A stretch of DNA of 64,000 nucleotides from Longimicrobiales bacterium. Lineage in GTDB: Bacteria; Gemmatimonadota; Gemmatimonadetes; Longimicrobiales; Gaopeijiaceae. The position numbers and the translations under genes are program-made. Positions 18,947-29,177 of the stretch are shown here, piece by piece (position 1 is the stretch's first letter; every line of letters starts with the position of its first letter). The stretch is from positions 1,184,001 through 1,248,000 of the forward strand of contig OZ242008.1 in the NCBI GenBank assembly GCA_965204735.1, in the 5' to 3' direction. The notes below the pieces were generated by a model, which was not told where the DNA came from, did not search any database, and saw nothing but the letters and a program-made list of their open reading frames with translations.

Positions 18947-21880
18947 TCAGGCGCGCGTGGTCTTTCCGCCGTGAACGGTGGGCTCGGCGCACCAGCTGTC
19001 GCGCAGCGCCGCCAAGCTGTCCAGAAGCTCCTCGGACAGCCCCAGCACGTCCACCAGCAGCGCCCGGTCCAGATCCTGACGCACCGGGTCGCGGTACGCC
19101 TCGTTGGCGGGCAACATCTTGCGGTCGCGAAAGTCGGCGAACGCGGCTTGGGCACGGGCCGACTGCTCTTCCGACAGCGCCCGCGCATCAAGTGCAAGCA
19201 GGTCGGGCAGGCGACTGATCGTCACCCTGGCCCTTCCCTGCTGCTGTCTGGACCCGATCCACCAAAAGCACATCAGCCCCAACGTGCTGTTTGCCCAAAG
19301 CGCCAGCGGCTTCTCCCACGATTCGCGCTCCGCGACGAAGTTCGGCCAAGCGACGCCGCCGATGCTCTTCTCCGGCGTCAGGCAGGCGGCCAAGCTCTGC
19401 GAGTTGAGGCGGAAGTCCAAGTTGAAGTGGAGCTTGGACGCCGTGCTCTGCCACACCTCTACGGCCTCCGCTCCCTTGCCCTCCCGGACGACGCCCTCTC
19501 TGTCGGGAGCGACCACCAAGCGTCGTTCGCGGTCGGCGTCGTGAGCCCAAAGGACCGGGTACAACGGCCGGTCGCGCGCAACCAGAATGTCGAACGGACC
19601 CCTGGGCGCGCCGCCGGGGTGCTTGCCCGAGATGTCCCGGTGAAGCAGCCCTCGCCTTCCGAGCCGGCCCAAGGGTGCGACCGGAACCGCGGGGCGTTCG
19701 CTTGTCCTGGGAAGCGCGAGCGTGCCCGCCCGAAGCGACAGCATGGCCTCCGCCAGCGTCGGCTCCCGCAACGCCGCGCATCCGCCCTCCGCCAACGGCG
19801 CGCGAACGAAGCTGCCGGCGTCGTCGGCATCGCCCAGCTTCAGCCGTCCGCTTCGGCGCTGCGGGTCGATCCGCCGCACGACGTCGGCCAGCACCGCCGC
19901 CTCCCCCAGCGTGCGCGGACGGCGAAGCAGGTTGACGAAAAGGGCGTCTCCCGGCTCCGGCGCCGCTTCGGCGCTGCGCTTCCTGGTGCCGACGACCAGC
20001 GCTTCCGCCATCCCCGTGTCCGCCGAGAACGCCCGCTCCGTCTTGCCGCTGGCCGCGATCGACACCACCAGCACGTCCTCGTAGTGGCGGGCCAGCAGGA
20101 CCCGGGCCGCCTTCCACGAACTGCCCTGCACGAAGGCGGCGGGCAGCACCAAGGCGACTACCCCGCCGGGCTTCGCCTTTACATGAGCCAAGTCCACGAA
20201 GTACGACGCCAGCCCCGCGTTTCCCGCCCCGGCCGGTTCGTCCAGCCCTTTTCGCAGCCGGGCGAGCTTGCCCGACATGGCCTTCTGCTCGGCTTGCGAC
20301 GTCTCGAAGCCCGCGAACGACGGCACCGGGATCGTCGTGGACTCGTGGTTGGTGGGCCGCGTGAACGGGGGATTCATGATCAGCAGGTCGCCGCTCTCGT
20401 CGGAGAGGTCCACCACGTGCGGGTCGGCGGCCTCTTCGGCCTCGCCTGTGCCGCGAACCTGCTTGCGGCCCGTGCCGAAGGCGTCGATCTGCAGGCTTGG
20501 GCCCGTGCCCATCAGGGATCGCGCCGACTCCTGGCCCAAGAGGTCCAGCGATCCGATGGAGAGCGGACGGCCCGTTTCCGACGGCTGCTCCCCATAGGGC
20601 ATCGTCACGATGCGCGTGCCGCCGAAGGGGACGGTCGGATGAGCGCCCGACAGGATCGAGGCCGTCAGGTGCGTTGCGGCTGGCATGATGTCCGCCGCGA
20701 TCAAGGCCCCCTCCATCATCCCGGCATGGATGTGCTGGTCGTCTCCGGCGGCGCGGCGGTGACGGGCGCGGACCGATTGGTAGGCGGCGTTCAACAGGGT
20801 GCCGGTCCCGCACGCCAAGTCGGCGATCCGTAGTCCGCACACGTCCTCAGGACTGCCCCACTCCACGTCCAGGCGCGGAACCGACAGCTCCGACAACAGC
20901 GTCGCCGACGCCGGCAAGGTGTAGAAGGTGGCCAAGAACTTCCGGTCCACGATCAGACGCTGGAACATCTGGCCCGACAAGTCGTGCGTCCCCGCCGCGC
21001 CCATCTGGGCCAAGCTCCTTGCCGCGGGCACCAGTCTGTTCAGGACCACGCACCCAAGGTCAACGGGAAACGGCCGCAGCAGGTCGGTGGCTATCTTGAA
21101 GATCGGCCAGTAGTTGATCTCGCGCAGGATTCTGCGCCAGCAGTCCAGGACCAGGGCCTTGTCGAAGTTGCCCGTGTTCTGGAAGCGCAAGTCGTCGAGC
21201 GGCGAAATGTCGTGGGAACCCTCGATCGTTGCGTGAAAGGTGAGCGCGTTGGCGACGATCGCCATCGCCATCCGCGTGGTCTGCTCGCTCGGCTCCTGGT
21301 GCAGCACGGCGGAGATGCGGTCCAGCGTATTCTTGTTCTGCCACCGCACGAGTTCTTCTAGCCGAAACGCTGCTTGCCGGACCGCGACTTCGAGGATCTC
21401 GGTGCCCTCGGCCACCTGCCGTTCCGACAGGGCTGCGTGTTCGATGCACGCCGCCAAGTCGTTCGCGTCTCCGTCCAGCCATCCTGCTTCCGGCCAGCGG
21501 GCGGGCGCCTCGGGCTCGCCCGCAAGAACGGCGTAACGAAACCGAGCTTCCGCGACCCGGCTCGAGAGCCGGCCCTGGTCGCTCCGAAGCTCCCGAGGCA
21601 ACAAGACGGCGATGGCCTGCTCTACAACTTGACCAGGGTCGTCCACGACTTGGCCCAGCCGAGCGCAAGCGTCTCGCTCGACTCCTGCACCGGGCGCAAA
21701 CTCCGTCTCGAGGACCACGACTTGACCGCCGGGATGACGAACTACGATGTCTGGACGCCTAGCTGCCTCCCGCAGGACGCGCGACTGCTCGACGCCGATC
21801 CCGTCCCGCCAAGCCGGGTGCTTGGTGCGCAGGACTTCGCCCAGCTGCACGTTGACGGTCGCTTCGCTGTTGGTCGGCAT
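18947..21880 (-). CDS. Type IIG-like fused restriction endonuclease / N6-adenine methyltransferase
   Basis: N-terminal PD...ETE nuclease-like motif; FYT, motif I DLACGTGTLL, motif IV NPPF; long C-terminal putative target-recognition region. Confidence 0.75.
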   Translation of the reverse strand: MPTNSEATVNVQLGEVLRTKHPAWRDGIGVEQSRVLREAARRPDIVVRHPGGQVVVLETEFAPGAGVERDACARLGQVVDDPGQVVEQAIAVLLPRELRSDQGRLSSRVAEARFRYAVLAGEPEAPARWPEAGWLDGDANDLAACIEHAALSERQVAEGTEILEVAVRQAAFRLEELVRWQNKNTLDRISAVLHQEPSEQTTRMAMAIVANALTFHATIEGSHDISPLDDLRFQNTGNFDKALVLDCWRRILREINYWPIFKIATDLLRPFPVDLGCVVLNRLVPAARSLAQMGAAGTHDLSGQMFQRLIVDRKFLATFYTLPASATLLSELSVPRLDVEWGSPEDVCGLRIADLACGTGTLLNAAYQSVRARHRRAAGDDQHIHAGMMEGALIAADIMPAATHLTASILSGAHPTVPFGGTRIVTMPYGEQPSETGRPLSIGSLDLLGQESARSLMGTGPSLQIDAFGTGRKQVRGTGEAEEAADPHVVDLSDESGDLLIMNPPFTRPTNHESTTIPVPSFAGFETSQAEQKAMSGKLARLRKGLDEPAGAGNAGLASYFVDLAHVKAKPGGVVALVLPAAFVQGSSWKAARVLLARHYEDVLVVSIAASGKTERAFSADTGMAEALVVGTRKRSAEAAPEPGDALFVNLLRRPRTLGEAAVLADVVRRIDPQRRSGRLKLGDADDAGSFVRAPLAEGGCAALREPTLAEAMLSLRAGTLALPRTSERPAVPVAPLGRLGRRGLLHRDISGKHPGGAPRGPFDILVARDRPLYPVLWAHDADRERRLVVAPDREGVVREGKGAEAVEVWQSTASKLHFNLDFRLNSQSLAACLTPEKSIGGVAWPNFVAERESWEKPLALWANSTLGLMCFWWIGSRQQQGRARVTISRLPDLLALDARALSEEQSARAQAAFADFRDRKMLPANEAYRDPVRQDLDRALLVDVLGLSEELLDSLAALRDSWCAEPTVHGGKTTRA

Positions 21881-21933
21881 TGGTCACCTGACTTTCGGAC
21901 GCAATAGAGAAGAACCCACAGAAACGACGAACG

Positions 21934-23187
21934 CTAACTTGTTCCGCCCCCTGCCCCCACCCGGAACGGCTGGCGCCGCATGTAGGTCAGCGTCCGCCAC
22001 AGCCACTCGAGCGGCCCGAAGCGGAAGCGTCGCAGCCACCACGGCGACCAAGCCAGCTGCACCCCCCACACGACGACCACGACGACCGCCTGGCCCACGC
22101 CGCCGATCCGCCCGAACATGCCGAGCCCGTGCCCGTAGAAGAACAGCGTGCAGAGGACGCTCTGGGCGATGTAGTTGGTCAGCGCCATCCTGCCCGTCGC
22201 CGCCAGCCGCCGCTGAAGCCGGGGGAGACGGTCGGACCGGACCGCCAGCATCACCAGCGCCAGATACCCCAAGAAGACGCCGAGCGAGCCCACGTAGTTG
22301 AAGAGCGTCCCCTGGAACATCGAGCGCTCCACGGAGAAGCCGGCGTTCACGTTGTACGCGATCCCCGCCGCCGCCAGCGGCAGTCCCGCGGCCAGCCCAA
22401 CAGCCGCCGTCCGCCGGTAGAACGCCGACGAACGCGACGCCGACAGGACGCCCAGCCGGTAGAGGGCCATGCCCACGAGCATCAGCCCTCCTGCGCGCCA
22501 GAGGAAGTACACGAGGAAGACGTCCGTCTGGAGCCCGAGGGCTTCGCCGGCCCTGTACGGCATCTGATCCAGCCATCCGCCCCGGAACGCCGCCGTCTCG
22601 GCCGCCAGCTCCGACGGCGGGGGCGACCACTCCGCCGCCAGCGCCGCGCGCTCCGCCTCCGGCCAATAGGGAAGGGAAAGGCCCAAGGTCAGCCAGAGAG
22701 CCACGACCACGGCCACCATGCATCCGCCGGCGATCAGCAGGAAGCGGGGCCGGGCGTTGCGCAGCGGGTAGAGCAGGAGGCCGCAGAGGGCGTACGCGAC
22801 CAGGATGTCGCCGTGCCAGATCAGGTAGGCGTGGGCCAATCCGAAGACGAGGAGCCAGAGCTGACGGCGGCAGTGGAGGCCGGTCGCCGGGAGTCCCCGC
22901 CGGGCCATGCGGTCGGCGGTCATCGCCATCCCGGCGCCGAAGAGCACCGAGAAGATCGAGATGAACTTGGTGTCGGCGAAGAGGACGGTGGCGGCCCACA
23001 CCCAGAAGGAAGCGCCGTCCAGTCCATCGCCCACCGCCGGGTTCAAGTAGGCCACCGACACCGTCGCGAAGCCCCGGACGTTGACGATCAGGATGCCCAG
23101 CACGGCGAACCCCCGCAGCACGTCGATGGCGACGATGCGGTCGGTACGGGCTGTGGGAGCAGGCGCGTGCGACGGGGTCTGGGACAA
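21934..23187 (-). CDS. DUF418 (YeiB-like) membrane protein
   Basis: DVLRGFAVLGIL, FSVLFGAG, GRMALTNYIAQS, GPLEWLWR. Confidence 0.9.
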   Translation of the reverse strand: MSQTPSHAPAPTARTDRIVAIDVLRGFAVLGILIVNVRGFATVSVAYLNPAVGDGLDGASFWVWAATVLFADTKFISIFSVLFGAGMAMTADRMARRGLPATGLHCRRQLWLLVFGLAHAYLIWHGDILVAYALCGLLLYPLRNARPRFLLIAGGCMVAVVVALWLTLGLSLPYWPEAERAALAAEWSPPPSELAAETAAFRGGWLDQMPYRAGEALGLQTDVFLVYFLWRAGGLMLVGMALYRLGVLSASRSSAFYRRTAAVGLAAGLPLAAAGIAYNVNAGFSVERSMFQGTLFNYVGSLGVFLGYLALVMLAVRSDRLPRLQRRLAATGRMALTNYIAQSVLCTLFFYGHGLGMFGRIGGVGQAVVVVVVWGVQLAWSPWWLRRFRFGPLEWLWRTLTYMRRQPFRVGAGGGTS

Positions 23188-23371
23188 ATCCGGGGCCGGG
23201 GGGCCGGCGGGCGCCGGCAGGGATTCGGGAGCGGTCGCGGGGCAACTCCGCCGATCCTGTTCGGAGTCTGGCGGGACCGCTCATATTAGCGCGCGGGCGC
23301 CGAAGGTGACAGAGTGACGGGCGGGCCGGCCGCGGGCGTCGGCGCCAAGACTGCGAGGAAGGACGGATGCA

Positions 23372-24838
23372 ATGATCGGACGGAAGACTCGACACGGACG
23401 GAGGGCTCGACGCGCCTTGGCAACCTGCTTGCTGGGCGGGTTCGCCGCATGGCCGGCGACTGCCTGCGGGCCGGCGGCGGGATCGGGTTCGGGTTCGGGC
23501 GCTCCCGAAGCAACCGACGGCGGAGCGCAGAGCGTCACGGTGTTCGCCAACGTCGGCGTGCTCCCCATGACCTCCGAGACGGTCCTTTCGGGACAGACCG
23601 TGGTCGTGGTCGGGGAAGCGATCCGCGAAGTGGGGCCGGCCGACGAAGTGGAGACGCCTGCGGGAGCGACGGTCGTGGACGGCGCCGGCCGCTACCTGAT
23701 GCCCGGCTTGGCGGAGATGCACGCCCACGTGCCTCCCGGCGCCGACCCTCCACGGGACGCCGTCGAGGACATTCTCTTCCTCTACGTGGCCAACGGCATC
23801 ACCACGATCCGGGGGATGCTCGGCTCCGCGTACCAGCTCCCCCTTGCAGACGAGCTGGAGCGGCGCGAGGTCCTGGGGCCGAACTTCTACGTCGGGGCGC
23901 CTTCGATCAACGGCGGCTCCGCGCCCACGCCGGCGGACGCCGAGCGGCTGGTCCGCGCCCACAAGGAGGCGGGCTACGACCTGCAGAAGATCCATCCCGG
24001 CGTGTCCAGGGAGACGTGGGACAGGATGGTGGAGGTGGCCGCGGAAGTGGAGATCACCTACGGCGGCCACGTTCCGGCCGACGTTGGGCTGGTGCACGCA
24101 GTCGAGACGGGCATCTCCACCGTCGACCACCTGGACGGCTACGTGCAGGCCATAGCCTCCGACGACGTTCAGGCCCAGGTCGGCGCCGGACCGATCCGCC
24201 TGGGCGGCCTGGCCCGCGGCGTCGACGAGGGGAAGCTGGCCGAGATCGTGCAGCTGACGATCGACCGGGACGTGTACGTGGTGCCCACGATGTACCTGTG
24301 GGAGAACCTGTACGGCGCCCCCGACGTGGACGCGATGCTCGCCCAGCCCGAGATGAAGTACGTCTCTTCCCGGCAGCACGCGGCATGGCGGCGCCAGGCC
24401 GGGGGCGGACCCAGGGGCGCTCCGGACGAGGTCGAGACCTACCTGGAGCTTCGGAAGCGCATCCTGAAGGCCCTCTCCGACGCGGGCGCCGGAATCCTCA
24501 TGGGGACCGACTCGCCGCAGCTCTTCAACGTTCCCGGCTTTGCGCTCCATCGGGAGATCGCAGTCATGTCGGAGGCCGGGATGTCCAACTACGAGGTCCT
24601 TCGGAGCGGCACGGCGGCCGTCGGCGAGTACGTGGCGGACCACCTGGGACTCGACGGCGGCTTCGGGACGGTGGCGGAGGGACAGCGGGCCGACCTGGTG
24701 CTGCTGAACGCCAACCCGCTCGACGACCTGGCCAACCTGATGGACCGCGCCGGGGTGATGGTGCGGGGACGCTGGGTCGGCGGCGAGGAGATCGACGAGC
24801 GGCTGGCGGCGCTGGCCGCCAAGCACGCAGGCGGCTGA
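23372..24838 (+). CDS. metal-dependent amidohydrolase, probably exported
   Basis: PGLAEMHAH, GTDSPQ, GQRADLVLL; N-terminal signal ending ATAC. Confidence 0.85.
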   Translation: MIGRKTRHGRRARRALATCLLGGFAAWPATACGPAAGSGSGSGAPEATDGGAQSVTVFANVGVLPMTSETVLSGQTVVVVGEAIREVGPADEVETPAGATVVDGAGRYLMPGLAEMHAHVPPGADPPRDAVEDILFLYVANGITTIRGMLGSAYQLPLADELERREVLGPNFYVGAPSINGGSAPTPADAERLVRAHKEAGYDLQKIHPGVSRETWDRMVEVAAEVEITYGGHVPADVGLVHAVETGISTVDHLDGYVQAIASDDVQAQVGAGPIRLGGLARGVDEGKLAEIVQLTIDRDVYVVPTMYLWENLYGAPDVDAMLAQPEMKYVSSRQHAAWRRQAGGGPRGAPDEVETYLELRKRILKALSDAGAGILMGTDSPQLFNVPGFALHREIAVMSEAGMSNYEVLRSGTAAVGEYVADHLGLDGGFGTVAEGQRADLVLLNANPLDDLANLMDRAGVMVRGRWVGGEEIDERLAALAAKHAGG

Positions 24839-24904
24839 ATCGGGCCGGGGGGCGGATTCGGTCGCACGCCGCTGACCACCTCGCTGGCTGCCCAGCGCCG
24901 ACCG

Positions 24905-26140
24905 CTAGTCGAGCGCCGCCACTTCCTCCATCAGCTCTCGCAGGCCGATCGCCTCGACGCCGCCTCCCTTGGGGTAGCGCTCGTTGCCTCCGTAGACGAG
25001 GAACGCTCTGTCCACGGGAATGTCCTGCAGCGCGACGCGGAACCCCTTGGGCAACCGGGGCGCCGTGCTGCGCTTGATCTCCACCGCCCACCTCCGATTC
25101 CCCGGCAGATCGAGCACCAAGTCGATCTCGGCCCCGGTGGCCGTCCGGTAGAAGCTTGCCTGGGTCCACCCGCTGGCGGCCGCCAGCAGGTTCTCGACGA
25201 CGAAGCCCTCCCAGCTGGCCCCGGCGACGGGATGGCCGAGGAGCTCGTCGTGGTCCGAGATGCGGAGGAGCGCGTGGACGATTCCGCTGTCGCGAACGTA
25301 GACCTTCGGCGACTTGACGAGGCGCTTGCGCACGTTGGCGTGAAGAGGAGGCAGGCGGCGCACCAGCAGCAGATCGACCATCAAGTCCAGGTAGCGGGCG
25401 ACGGTCTTGCCGTCCACGCCCAAGCTGCGGGCCAGCTTGGCGCCGTTCCATACGCCGCCTTGCGAGTGGGCGAGCATCGTCCAGAAGCGCCGCAGCACGA
25501 CCGCGGGGACGCGAGGGCCCAGCTCGGGCACGTCCCGCTCCAGGTAGGTGCGCACGAAGCTCTCGCGCCACAGGGCGCTCGCCCGCGCGTCCGGAGCGAG
25601 AAACGACAGGGGGAAGCCGCCCCGGACCCACAGGCGCGTCGCCTCCGCCGGTCCCACCTCGCGCACGTCCAGGGGCGTCAGTTCCAAGTGTCCGATCCGG
25701 CCCGCCAGGCTCTCTCCCGACTGGCGAAGCAGCTCGACCGACGCGGAGCCCAGGATCAGGAACTGGCCCGCCGGCTCGCCTGCGAAGATGCGCTCGTCGA
25801 TGACTCCCCGCAGCGTCTGGAAGAGCTCGGGGGCGCGGTGGATCTCGTCCAGGACGACGAGTCGGTCGCGAACGGAACTCAAGTAGCCGGCCGCGTCGGA
25901 GAGTCGCTCCAGATGAGCGGGGTTCTCCAAGTCCAGGTAGAGGCCCGGCTCACGCCTGGCCGGTGAGTCGCTGCTCGGTCCGCCGCTCGCGGGTCCTTCG
26001 CGGACGCCCTGCTCCGCAACGAACCGGGCCAGGGTCGTCTTGCCGACCTGACGCGGTCCCAACAGCGCAACGGCGGGAAAGAGCTCGAGGTGCGCCAGCA
26101 GGCGCTGGTAGATGCGCCGGGGAACGATCGGAGAGCTCAT
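24905..26140 (-). CDS. AAA_14 ATPase with DUF4143 and C-terminal PD-(D/E)xK-like domain
   Basis: GPRQVGKTT, LDEIH, LGSAS, RGGFP, PKVYVRDSG, EIDLV...AVEIK. Confidence 0.9.
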   Translation of the reverse strand: MSSPIVPRRIYQRLLAHLELFPAVALLGPRQVGKTTLARFVAEQGVREGPASGGPSSDSPARREPGLYLDLENPAHLERLSDAAGYLSSVRDRLVVLDEIHRAPELFQTLRGVIDERIFAGEPAGQFLILGSASVELLRQSGESLAGRIGHLELTPLDVREVGPAEATRLWVRGGFPLSFLAPDARASALWRESFVRTYLERDVPELGPRVPAVVLRRFWTMLAHSQGGVWNGAKLARSLGVDGKTVARYLDLMVDLLLVRRLPPLHANVRKRLVKSPKVYVRDSGIVHALLRISDHDELLGHPVAGASWEGFVVENLLAAASGWTQASFYRTATGAEIDLVLDLPGNRRWAVEIKRSTAPRLPKGFRVALQDIPVDRAFLVYGGNERYPKGGGVEAIGLRELMEEVAALD

Positions 26141-26143
26141 CCC

Positions 26144-26174
26144 TGCAAATTAGGTGTAGCATTCCAGAATTGCA
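26144..26174. promoter_or_regulatory. imperfect inverted repeat immediately upstream of the AAA-DUF4143 start
   Basis: TGCAAATTAGG-N9-CCAGAATTGCA, 8/11 positions complementary, AT-rich in GC-rich context. Confidence 0.45.
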
Positions 26175-26289
26175 AGCGCGTTTCAGTGATGCAACTCGAG
26201 CCACCGGCGGGAGACATGCCGGCCGGGCCGCGACGACGGCTAGCCGGTCGCTTCTCCGTGCGCCGGAAAGGCCGCCCGGCGGCAAGGCG

Positions 26290-26946
26290 TCAGCGAACTC
26301 GGTGCGTCGCTTCTCCGCGCGCCGGAAAGGGTACTGGCAGCGCCGCGAAATCGAAGGCTCCGGGGAAGTCGGGCTCGACCTCCTTCTGCTTGCCGCTCCA
26401 AGTCTCCACGTCGATCCGGTAGACGGCGGTCCGCTTGAGCTCGTCGTCGGTGGTGGGCCGATAGTCGATGCCGGGCTTCAGGTGGGGCGCGTACTTGTCC
26501 AGCAGCATCTGGAGGGCGGACTTGGCCTCGACCCGGTCGGACACGACCCGTCCCCTGCCGAACGCCGTCACGCCCGCGTACTCCACGGAGAACTCCAGCG
26601 CTTCGGGCGCGGGAAGGAGCCGTCCCATGGCGACGGCGCTGAACGCCACGCGCTCCGCCGCTTCCAGGTTCCGGCGCGTGCGGCCCGTCCTGTGGGTGTG
26701 GAGGTAGATTCGCCGCTCGTGGCCGGTCTCCTCGAAGACGAAGAGGTTGGAGTTGAGGAACGGCTGTCCGTCCTCGTCCACGGTGGCCAGGAAGCCGTAG
26801 GGCGCGTGCCGAAGGAACGCGGCCGCCCAGGCGTCGTCCTTGCCGCGGTCGCGACGGCGGACGGCGGTGCGCGGGTCGTCGCGGCCGGCGTTGCAGGCTC
26901 CAGGCTTCGGCGGGTTGGAGGGAGGGACCGACTGCGGCGGGCTCAA
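26290..26946 (-). CDS. pyridoxamine 5'-phosphate oxidase-like flavin-binding protein (NimA-like); start uncertain
   Basis: VRRRDR, GFLATVDEDGQP, IYLH, FSVEYAGV, TAVYRIDVETWSGK. Confidence 0.8.
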   Translation of the reverse strand: MSPPQSVPPSNPPKPGACNAGRDDPRTAVRRRDRGKDDAWAAAFLRHAPYGFLATVDEDGQPFLNSNLFVFEETGHERRIYLHTHRTGRTRRNLEAAERVAFSAVAMGRLLPAPEALEFSVEYAGVTAFGRGRVVSDRVEAKSALQMLLDKYAPHLKPGIDYRPTTDDELKRTAVYRIDVETWSGKQKEVEPDFPGAFDFAALPVPFPARGEATHRVR

Positions 26947-27076
26947 GGAGGATCGGCTCCGGCTGCTGGGGGGTTTGCCGCGACTCGCGGGCGAGTACAA
27001 GATACCGGGTGCGCCAAGGATCGCTTCTCGTCCCAAGACGCCTATTGTGCCGCCCCCCTCGTCAGGAGAGCCGCTG

Positions 27077-28570
27077 GTGACCCGACTTTCGCGCGCCGAC
27101 AGCAGCCCAACCGCTTCTCCCAGCAGGAGCCCATGCCGGCGTGCCGGCGTCCCAAGCGTTCTCCTTGCGCTGGCCGGCTGGACGTCGGCGTGCATCGGCG
27201 ACGGGATCCCCGGCTCGGCCGACGCCCCGGACGCCGCGGACGGCATCCTGGTGGACGGGGGCACGGTGGTGGTCATGGACGATGCCGGGACCATTCTCGA
27301 GGGCGGCGCGGTGCTGGTGGAGGGCGACCGCATCGCCGCGCTGCTGGACGCGACGGCGCCTCGGCCCCAGGGCGTCCGGGTGATCGACGCCGCCGGACAC
27401 CTGGTGATCCCGGGGCTGGTCAACGCCCACGGACACGCCGCGATGTCGCTCCTTCGGGGACTTGCCGACGACCTGCCGCTGATGACGTGGCTGGAGCGGC
27501 ACATCTTCCCGGTGGAGGCGGAGCTGGTCGCTCCCGACTTCGTGTACTGGGGCACCTTGCTGGCGGCTGCCGAGATGCTGCGCAACGGCACCACCACCTT
27601 CGCGGACATGTACTACTTCCGGGACGACGTGGCTCGGGCGGCGGTCCAGGCGGGGATCCGAGCGGTGACGGGTCCCGGGATCATCGGCTTCCCGGCGCCC
27701 GACTTTCCCACTCCCGATGCGTCGCTCCAGGACGCCGCCTCGTTCCTGGAGAAGTACCGGGACCACCCGCTGATCGTTCCCGGCGTGTCGGCCCACGCCC
27801 TCTACACCACGCCCCTGGACGCCGTGGAGCGAGCGGCCCGGCTGGCGGTCGAGCACGACGCCGTCTTCCAGATCCACGCGGCGGAAGACGCCAGCGAGGA
27901 CTCCACCACCCGAGCGGCGACGGGGATGGGCGTCGTGGAGGCGCTGGGGTCGGCCGGCGTGCTGCGCCCGGGCACCGTGCTTGCCCACGCCGTCTACCTC
28001 TCCGATCAGGACATCGCCCAGATCGCCGCGTCGGGCGCCGGGATGGCGCACAACCCCCAGAGCAACATGAAGCTGGGCATTGCCGCAGCCTCTCCGGTCC
28101 CCAAGGCCCTGGCCTCCGGCATTCCCGTGGGGCTCGGGACCGACGGCCCCGCAAGCAACAACGACCTGGACCTCTTCGACGAGATGGACGCGGCCGCCAA
28201 GCTCCACAAGTTCGTCTCCGGTGATCCGTCGGTCCTCCCGGCCGAAGCCGTCTTCCGCATGGCGACGGCGGACGGAGCCCGCGCTCTGAACCTCCACGAC
28301 CGGATCGGCTCGCTGGAGCCCGGAAAGCTGGCCGACCTCGTGCTGCTGGACGCGGGCAGGCCCGGCCTGACGCCGCTGTACCGCGTCTACTCGCACCTGG
28401 TCTACGCAGCCCGAGGGAGCGACGTGGCGACGGTGCTGGTGAACGGTCGGGTAGTCGTGGAGAGGGGGCGCGTGGTGTCGGTGGACGAGCAGGAAGTCAT
28501 GGACCGTGCCCGGGGCTTCGCAGGCCGGGTGCGGGAGGTCGTGGAGCGGGTGGCGGACGAGGCCCGTTGA
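27077..28570 (+). CDS. amidohydrolase, MTA/SAH deaminase-like
   Basis: PGLVNAHGH, HAAE, LAHAV, GTDGPASNNDLD; AGGAG before GTG 27077. Confidence 0.85.
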   Translation: MTRLSRADSSPTASPSRSPCRRAGVPSVLLALAGWTSACIGDGIPGSADAPDAADGILVDGGTVVVMDDAGTILEGGAVLVEGDRIAALLDATAPRPQGVRVIDAAGHLVIPGLVNAHGHAAMSLLRGLADDLPLMTWLERHIFPVEAELVAPDFVYWGTLLAAAEMLRNGTTTFADMYYFRDDVARAAVQAGIRAVTGPGIIGFPAPDFPTPDASLQDAASFLEKYRDHPLIVPGVSAHALYTTPLDAVERAARLAVEHDAVFQIHAAEDASEDSTTRAATGMGVVEALGSAGVLRPGTVLAHAVYLSDQDIAQIAASGAGMAHNPQSNMKLGIAAASPVPKALASGIPVGLGTDGPASNNDLDLFDEMDAAAKLHKFVSGDPSVLPAEAVFRMATADGARALNLHDRIGSLEPGKLADLVLLDAGRPGLTPLYRVYSHLVYAARGSDVATVLVNGRVVVERGRVVSVDEQEVMDRARGFAGRVREVVERVADEAR

Positions 28571-28664
28571 CGCCGGGGCGAGCCCGTGCCACTGTACAGC
28601 ACGGGTTACTGCCCATCCGAGCGACTTCATGAAGACAACTGCCATGGGGGGATAGCCAGACAGC

Positions 28665-29120
28665 ATGAAATCCCTAAAGATCACTCCCGACTTCACGTTC
28701 ATCGCGTCACCGGGCCAATTCATCGCGTCACCGGGCCAGCAGGTCAAGATGAACCTGCTGGACGCCCTGTCTCGCGAGCAACAAAAACAGGTGGAGCGGG
28801 CCCGCAAGGCGGGAAGGGCGGTCGACATCAACGGCAAGATCGTGGTCTCTTTCCTGGAGGTCGGAGAGGACGAGGACAAGATGACGGAACTTCCCGGCGT
28901 CGGCGTAGTTCTCGACAGTGAAATAAAGTTCGACGCCAAGCCGAGAGCTATGGAATTGATCCGCGATGTCCTGGATGTGCTGACCAGCGCGTGTGTCCGC
29001 AAGAAGCCGATAAAGGTCCGCACGCAACTGGGAGAAGGCTCTTACAAGGTGACGCGCTTGGGCATAGAGGAGAACAGCACGTTGCTGACTTTCGCGAAGG
29101 AAGTGCCCACAGGTAGTTGA
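28665..29120 (+). CDS. hypothetical protein, lower GC than flanks
   Basis: 151-aa ORF with protein-like composition; internal 21-nt duplication 28698-28739. Confidence 0.55.
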   Translation: MKSLKITPDFTFIASPGQFIASPGQQVKMNLLDALSREQQKQVERARKAGRAVDINGKIVVSFLEVGEDEDKMTELPGVGVVLDSEIKFDAKPRAMELIRDVLDVLTSACVRKKPIKVRTQLGEGSYKVTRLGIEENSTLLTFAKEVPTGS

Positions 29121-29177
29121 GCTTGCGTTGAGCCTGCTCTATCCCGTAAAGCATAAAGGAGGTATCCATCATGGCTG

